A stretch of 64,000 bases of DNA. It comes from Eledone cirrhosa. Taxonomy: Eukaryota. Positions 58,313-64,000 of this stretch are shown one piece after another. Made by a program: the position numbers and the translations under genes. The DNA is taken from positions 274,164,001 to 274,228,000 of the forward strand of contig OZ024743.1 in the NCBI GenBank assembly GCA_964016885.1, read 5' to 3'. A model generated the notes under the pieces. It was not told the DNA's origin. It saw only the letters and a program-made list of their open reading frames with translations, and made no database searches. The stretch's first letter is position 1; each line of letters begins with the position of its first letter.

Positions 58313-58313
<1 letters not shown>
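58172..58313 (+). mobile_element. Short repeat fragment between (TA)n tracts, family of 35433-35503
   Basis: Sequence match of the 3' 70 bp. Confidence 0.7.
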
Positions 58314-58388
<75 letters not shown>

Positions 58389-58421
58389 ACATGTATATGT
58401 ATGTATATATGTATATGGATG

Positions 58422-58523
<102 letters not shown>

Positions 58524-58525
58524 TG

Positions 58526-58638
<113 letters not shown>

Positions 58639-58651
58639 ATATATATATATA

Positions 58652-58910
58652 TATTGGTAAACGGAATAGAAAATGCTGACAAATTGTTCACAGTTGAAAA
58701 ATGGTTTAATTAGGAATAAAAGAGTATTAGTGATTGTATGGGTTAGTATTCAGTTGTGGTTTTAATTTTTGTAAGTTTTTACCGGTTGCGCATTTCTAAA
58801 TGCTTTTCAAAAATAATTTTGAGATAGAGTGTCCGTGCTGTTTGCTCTGATCTGATTAGTTTTGGGAATTCTGCCTGTTTTTATGTTAAAAAAATGGCTC
58901 CAGCGTTATT
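58652..58910 (-). repeat. 3' pseudo-LTR of the full-length PLE
   Basis: Direct repeat of 63427-63687 with only a few differences. Confidence 0.93.
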
Positions 58911-59135
58911 TTTGTGTTGCAAAAATGCTTGTGGTCAAAACAATTTTGATTGGTCGGTAGAGGTCATGTGAATGTAAAAAGTTGATTTTGCGCCAAGACT
59001 GTTTTTATGTTAAAATGTTGGAAAAGTGGCTCCAGCAAAAATTATTGGTCAAAACAATTTTGATTGGTCGGTAGAGGTCATGTGGATAAAAAATTGGTTT
59101 TGCGCCAAGATTGAGAAATGACTCTTTCACAACAA

Positions 59136-59177
<42 letters not shown>

Positions 59178-59782
59178 TAGTAGTAGTAAGGTGTTCGATG
59201 CTGCGACAATAGCCACCAGCGATGTGTGTCAAATGGCTATTAAGATAAGTGTGTGTGTGTGTGTGTGTGTGTGTGCGTACATACACACAGCAGAGTCATT
59301 CGAAGGTCAAAAGATATTTTTCAGCTTTTGTCTTATACGGAGAAGTGCGCGTGTGTGTGTGTGTGTGTATAAGTCTCTCTGTATGTTGATGTACGCGTGT
59401 GTATGTGTTTGTGTATATATATGTGTGTGTGTGTGCGTGTGTGGGTGGACCAGTATTTTTTTCCCCCCTGGTAAAATGGTGTACATTATTCGATTTTTTC
59501 AGTAAAATCGGTTCTCTTAATAGAACATCAACAATCTTAACAATAAAAGGTGTGAAATGATATTCACTATATATATATACACACACACACACACACATAT
59601 ATATTTTCACTACATATATATATATATATATATACATATATACATACATATATATGCACATATATTTTTTTGTATTGCACCATAGAGCATGTGTGTTTAC
59701 GTGTGTCATTGTGTTTATATGTGGGCAGAGATGTGTGCTGATGTAGGTATGTATGTTGACGTGTGTATGTTGTGGGTTCGTC

Positions 59783-62122
59783 TTAGGGAGAAGTGTTTAG
59801 ACGGGGTCCGTATTTGTTAATGAAGTAAGATTCCTTGCTGATGCGCTGGGTGTGGGTGGCATTATCTTTAAATTTGTAGAGGGGAAAGATTCTGAAGTTG
59901 GGATGATTTTGGGCGGCGCAGGTATCAATGTGTTCACTCAGTGGTATTTTCCTGTATTCCCGTATTTTAATTTGGGATCTATGGACAGCCATGCGTTGGC
60001 GGAGGCTGTTTTTGGTCTGGCCTATGTATTGTTCTCGACAACCTGAACAAGTTAATACATATATTAAATTTTCCGATGCACATGTGAAATTGTGTTTTAC
60101 TATAAAACGTTGTCCATCTTTGAAATAGAATTCCGAACCCTCTATTAGGTTGATGCAAATGCCACAGTTGGGTCTATCGCATTTTTTTACTGTGGGTTTC
60201 GTTGTTGTGGTTGGCAGTACTTTGGCATGTGTTAAGATGTTTTTCATTGACTTGGATTGTCTTTTGCTCTTTATGATATCGTGTGTTCGTAGAATTTGGT
60301 TCATTCTATGGTCCTTTTTCAATACAGGGATGTTCTGGAGGATGGTGTCAAAGGCCTCATTGTTGAGGGGGTTGTGTGTGGAGATGTATGGAAGAGCTTT
60401 TAGTTTTGGTTGATTTACTTTAGGGTGTCTAAGGTCCTGGGTACTGAGTTTTAGGGCACGTTGGATTCCATTGTCAATTAGTGATGCAGGGTAGTCCCTG
60501 CCTATGAGTGTGTCCTTTAGTTCTTGTAGCCGTAAGTAGCAGATGTTTTTATTGGAGACTATAGTACAGATTCTCTTGGCTAAGTTGTAGGGAATATTAA
60601 TTTTAACGTGTCTAGGGTGGCAAGAGTTGAAGGGGTATGTGGGCTTGTAGTATATGTCTGTTTCTATTTTTTTGTTATGGATCTTAATGAGGATGTCGAG
60701 GAAGGGGAGTTGTTGATGGCTGTATTCCATCGTGAAGTTAATATTTGTGTTGAGCCCATTTATAAGGGTGTGAAATTCTTTAAGTTTTTCGATGTTTTCG
60801 TGCCAAAGGATGAAGCAGTCATCTAGATATCGCTTCCAGTTCCTTTCAATGTGTAAGTGGAGGGTGTTTCCAAATTTGTTTAGGACTTTAGTGTAGAGGG
60901 TGATTTCCAGGTATCCCATGACTAGGTTGGCATACGTAGGGGCTGTTTTCGTTCCCATAGCGGTCCCAGATTTCTGCCTGTAGGGTTTGTTATTGAAAAC
61001 GAAGTAATTGTTCTCCAAGATAAATTTGAGTCCCTCTATCACGAATTCTTTTTTGATGCGTTGTGGGAGTTCATTGTGGAAGTTATCCAGCCAGAATTGG
61101 ATAGCTTCTATTCCTAGGTTGTGGGGGATGTTGGAGTATAGGTTGACTACATCGAACGTCACTAGTAGGGTTTGTTCAGAAAGTGGCATATTAGGGAGGT
61201 GATTGAGCATATCTAGGTCGTCCCTTATATAGCTTTTGATGTGCTTGAGGAAGGGTTTGAGAAGGGTATCAATGAAGTTGCTAAGACGGTGCGTTTCGCA
61301 AGCGGGGCCTGCTATTATAGGTCTTAATTTGAGATCATTGGGTGAGGGGACATTGATGACTATGTCTGTGGCTTCCTTGCATGCCTTACTGATTGATTCG
61401 CTTTTATGTACTTTAGGGATACCGTAGAAAAGGCTGGATTTACTTGTGAAGTCTGTGATGAAGCTGAATTCCTTGTTAGTGAGTCCTTCTTTGTATTGGT
61501 TGATTAGAGTTTTTAGGTTTCTCATAATTTTCTGTTGATTGTAGTGTTCAGCCTTTTCGTAGTATGTTTCGTTTTCCAAAGTGGAGAGCGCTAAGTTGAT
61601 ATAGAATTCTGTCTCCATTAGGACTACTGTACTCCCTTTATCAGCCTCTTTAATTGTAATGGTTCTGTCGGTTTTTAATCTATTTAATTCTTCCCATTCT
61701 TTCTTGTTGAGGTTTGGCTTGTGTTTTTGTCTGTGCAAGTGTTGGTAAGGGAAGTTTGTGATGTGTTCACAGAATTCGTCCAGGATTTTATTTCTACCTT
61801 TTGAAGGGGTGTAATTGCTTCTATTTCTGGCTAATGATTCATCCTCATTGTACTGGTCGAATAGTTGTTCACTAAGTCGTAACTTTCTACAGAAGTCTGT
61901 GATGTCTTCCTTCATTTCATAGTAGTTAGGACGTAGTGGGGTCGGTGTGAATTTAAGACCTTTGGAGAGTAAGTTGATAAGGTTGGGTGTTGGTTCTGCA
62001 CTAGTAAGATTGATAATTTTTATTACTATCGGTTTCTCCTCCCTGTCTTGTGTTATTTTGTTTGCCTGTATCTGTGTGCTGTGTCTAAAAAATGGTTGGG
62101 GTAGAGGGGTTGTCTGCTGATG
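59783..62122 (-). CDS. PLE reverse transcriptase + GIY-YIG endonuclease (ORF2). Frame is open from 62122; first ATG only at 61915.
   Basis: RT-region motifs IKEADKG, FYGIPKVHK, LRPII, FDVVNLYSNIPH, GTAMGTKTAPTYANL, RYLDD, LPFLD. Endonuclease region CDRPNCGIC...FTCASENLIYVLTCSGCREQYIGQT...R...H...H...E. The conserved PLE N-terminal block IINLTS...LLSKGLKFTPTP is in the same frame upstream of the first ATG. Confidence 0.95.
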   Translation of the reverse strand, partial: HQQTTPLPQPFFRHSTQIQANKITQDREEKPIVIKIINLTSAEPTPNLINLLSKGLKFTPTPLRPNYYEMKEDITDFCRKLRLSEQLFDQYNEDESLARNRSNYTPSKGRNKILDEFCEHITNFPYQHLHRQKHKPNLNKKEWEELNRLKTDRTITIKEADKGSTVVLMETEFYINLALSTLENETYYEKAEHYNQQKIMRNLKTLINQYKEGLTNKEFSFITDFTSKSSLFYGIPKVHKSESISKACKEATDIVINVPSPNDLKLRPIIAGPACETHRLSNFIDTLLKPFLKHIKSYIRDDLDMLNHLPNMPLSEQTLLVTFDVVNLYSNIPHNLGIEAIQFWLDNFHNELPQRIKKEFVIEGLKFILENNYFVFNNKPYRQKSGTAMGTKTAPTYANLVMGYLEITLYTKVLNKFGNTLHLHIERNWKRYLDDCFILWHENIEKLKEFHTLINGLNTNINFTMEYSHQQLPFLDILIKIHNKKIETDIYYKPTYPFNSCHPRHVKINIPYNLAKRICTIVSNKNICYLRLQELKDTLIGRDYPASLIDNGIQRALKLSTQDLRHPKVNQPKLKALPYISTHNPLNNEAFDTILQNIPVLKKDHRMNQILRTHDIIKSKRQSKSMKNILTHAKVLPTTTTKPTVKKCDRPNCGICINLIEGSEFYFKDGQRFIVKHNFTCASENLIYVLTCSGCREQYIGQTKNSLRQRMAVHRSQIKIREYRKIPLSEHIDTCAAQNHPNFRIFPLYKFKDNATHTQRISKESYFINKYGPRLNTSP

Positions 62123-63363
62123 TTAAGTGGTCTCCTGTGTTTGTTATATTCCTTGTTGTTGTAAAATGTGGTTCGGGTTGGTGGTTGTAGATTGAATGGG
62201 GTGTTCCTGTACTGCGAGTATGGGTGTGTGTTTCTATGTGCCATGTTGTATTGTGGTGTTATAAGTGGCCTACGTTGTTGGTTGTATCGTGTGGTGTGGG
62301 TTTGTTGTGTATTGTGGAAGTGAGAGTTGAGAAAATGGTAATTACCTTGCTGTCCCCTTGAGGCGGGGAAGTTGTTGCATCTATCATGGCGGTGGTATCT
62401 TTTCCCTATGTTTGACGATGAGGAATCCGCGTAGTAGTTGAGTGATTTGGTATGGTGTCTCCTTGAAGGGGGAAAGTTGTAAATGTCATTCTGGCGGAGA
62501 TGATTTCTTGGGTTTTTGTTCCTTCTTATGGTAGCGAGGTTGGGAAGTTCATCTTCGGTGTGGTGCTTCCTTCTTCGTTTGTTTGAGGCTTGGGGGTTTG
62601 AGAAGTTGTTGTGCGGTTCAGTTATGGGTTTTCCTATTTTTATGAACGGGTTATTGGAGGTGTAATCCGTTTGAAAAGTCGATTCATAGTGTAGGAACCA
62701 AGCGGCACTTTTTTCCCAGCGTTGAAGGGATTTCAGTTCTTCTCTGTTGCAGTCCCCTTTCCATAATTTGGAGATCTTCTCTACCTTGGGGCCTTCAGTT
62801 TTGTTGTTGATTTCCAGGAGGATCTCTTCATCGATGGTTTTGATTTTTTCCTCATTTGTCTGGGCCCTCAGTTTAAGAAGTTCAATTTCTGTCTTCATTT
62901 TTTCCAATGCCATTCTTTCCCTAAGGTGTCTTTGAGGTTCGGGTTCATTTGGAATGGACTTTATTTGTAGTTTACGGGGGAGAGTTAGAGGGGTTGAGTT
63001 AAGCCATTTTTCATATATCTCTGCTTTGTTGTGATTTTGTATCATCTTCCAGAATGAGAACTTTCTGTCTCTGAGGGATTTGTTCCATTTTGGAATTGTT
63101 CGAATTTTCATTTTGTGTGAATCAATCTCACATGGTTCTTCGTTGGTTTTTCCTGGGTTGGTAGTAGTGAACATAGTTTGGATAGTATCGCAAAGGTTTT
63201 GGAGTTTGTCGCCGATTTCGGAGGGTTTGTATCCGGTGGCGGTTTCCTTATTTGTGGAGTCAAGTTTGTCGACCAGCAAAGATAGGTTGGTGTTGATTTT
63301 CTTGAGTTCCTGTAGGATCTCTTCATTTGAGTTGATGAGGGTTGTATCCGTTTTTGTTGGCAT
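62053..63363 (-). CDS. PLE ORF1: 436-aa protein with predicted coiled coils, a basic KRRRK patch and an H/R/N/Q/Y-rich low-complexity tail
   Basis: Uninterrupted 1.3-kb ORF from ATG 63363, between the 5' pLTR and the RT frame. Heptad-like segments EEILQELKKINTNLSLLVDKL and MALEKMKTEIELLKLRAQTNEEKIKTIDEEI. Function is inferred from position and composition. Confidence 0.8.
   Translation of the reverse strand: MPTKTDTTLINSNEEILQELKKINTNLSLLVDKLDSTNKETATGYKPSEIGDKLQNLCDTIQTMFTTTNPGKTNEEPCEIDSHKMKIRTIPKWNKSLRDRKFSFWKMIQNHNKAEIYEKWLNSTPLTLPRKLQIKSIPNEPEPQRHLRERMALEKMKTEIELLKLRAQTNEEKIKTIDEEILLEINNKTEGPKVEKISKLWKGDCNREELKSLQRWEKSAAWFLHYESTFQTDYTSNNPFIKIGKPITEPHNNFSNPQASNKRRRKHHTEDELPNLATIRRNKNPRNHLRQNDIYNFPPSRRHHTKSLNYYADSSSSNIGKRYHRHDRCNNFPASRGQQGNYHFLNSHFHNTQQTHTTRYNQQRRPLITPQYNMAHRNTHPYSQYRNTPFNLQPPTRTTFYNNKEYNKHRRPLNISRQPLYPNHFLDTAHRYRQTK
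62086..62092 (-). other. Candidate -1 ribosomal frameshift slippery heptamer U_UUU_UUA
   Basis: ORF1 reads CAT TTT TTA GAC. The -1 frame reads TTT TTT AGA CAC and is the RT frame. Confidence 0.65.
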
Positions 63364-63426
63364 TTTCTGTATCTCGTGTGAGGATATGATAGTTAAAAGA
63401 ATAGAGGTGTAACACACAAGTTATTA

Positions 63427-63687
63427 TATATTGGTAAACGGAATAGAAAATGCTGACAAATTGTTCACAGTTGAAAAATGGTTTAATTAGGAATAAAAGA
63501 GTATTAGTGATTGTATGGGTTAGTATTCAGTTGTGGTTTTAAGTTTTTAAGTTTTTACCGGTTGCGCATTTCTAAATGCTTTTCAAAAATAATTTTGAGA
63601 TAGAGTGTCCGTGCTGTTTGCTCTGATCTGATTAGTTTTGGGAATTCTACCTGTTTTTATGTTAAAAAAATGGCTCCAGCGTTATTT
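63427..63687 (-). repeat. 5' pseudo-LTR of the full-length PLE
   Basis: Direct repeat of 58652-58910, ending about 60 bp before the ORF1 ATG. Confidence 0.93.
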
Positions 63688-63734
63688 ATATATATATATA
63701 TATATATATACATACATATATATATATATATATG

Positions 63735-63777
<43 letters not shown>

Positions 63778-63800
63778 ATAAATATATATATATATGTATG

Positions 63801-63864
<64 letters not shown>

Positions 63865-63942
63865 AATATATATATATATATGTATGTATATAAATATATA
63901 TATATATATGTATGTATATAAATATATATATATAAATGTATG

Positions 63943-64000
<58 letters not shown>

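Larger units (their letters stand above)
58652..63687 (-). mobile_element. Apparently full-length Penelope-like retroelement (Neptune-like, C-terminal GIY-YIG), about 5.0 kb, with direct pseudo-LTRs, inserted in (TA)n
   Basis: Near-identical direct repeats of about 260 bp at 58652-58910 and 63427-63687 enclose two long minus-strand ORFs. (TA)n tracts abut both ends. Confidence 0.95.

Noticed and set aside
59852-63412. Plus-strand ORFs overlapping the PLE
   Set aside because: They are short antisense shadows of the minus-strand coding frames.

Overview
This is AT-rich, microsatellite-dense eukaryotic DNA with no host protein-coding gene that I can support. The tRNA-derived and CORE SINEs, RTE LINEs and (TA)n/(CA)n density resemble octopus or another coleoid cephalopod, but that is inference. 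The window is mostly transposon remnants: non-autonomous Helitrons, RTE/Tx1/CR1 LINE fragments, SINEs, and many Penelope-like element (PLE) pieces. Most PLE pieces sit in (TA)n tracts and many carry hammerhead-ribozyme (HHR) motifs, some as inverted pairs. The main feature is an apparently full-length, pseudo-LTR-bounded Neptune-like PLE at 58652-63687 (-). It has two ORFs instead of the single ORF usual for endonuclease-positive PLEs: a 436-aa coiled-coil/basic ORF1 overlapping the RT + GIY-YIG frame. A correctly phased U_UUU_UUA heptamer lies in the overlap, which suggests a programmed -1 ribosomal frameshift. Its pLTRs carry a non-canonical hammerhead-like core, and several other PLE families have HHRs with greatly enlarged stem II. 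Most other ORFs in the track are microsatellite translation artefacts. All alignments and folds were done by eye.
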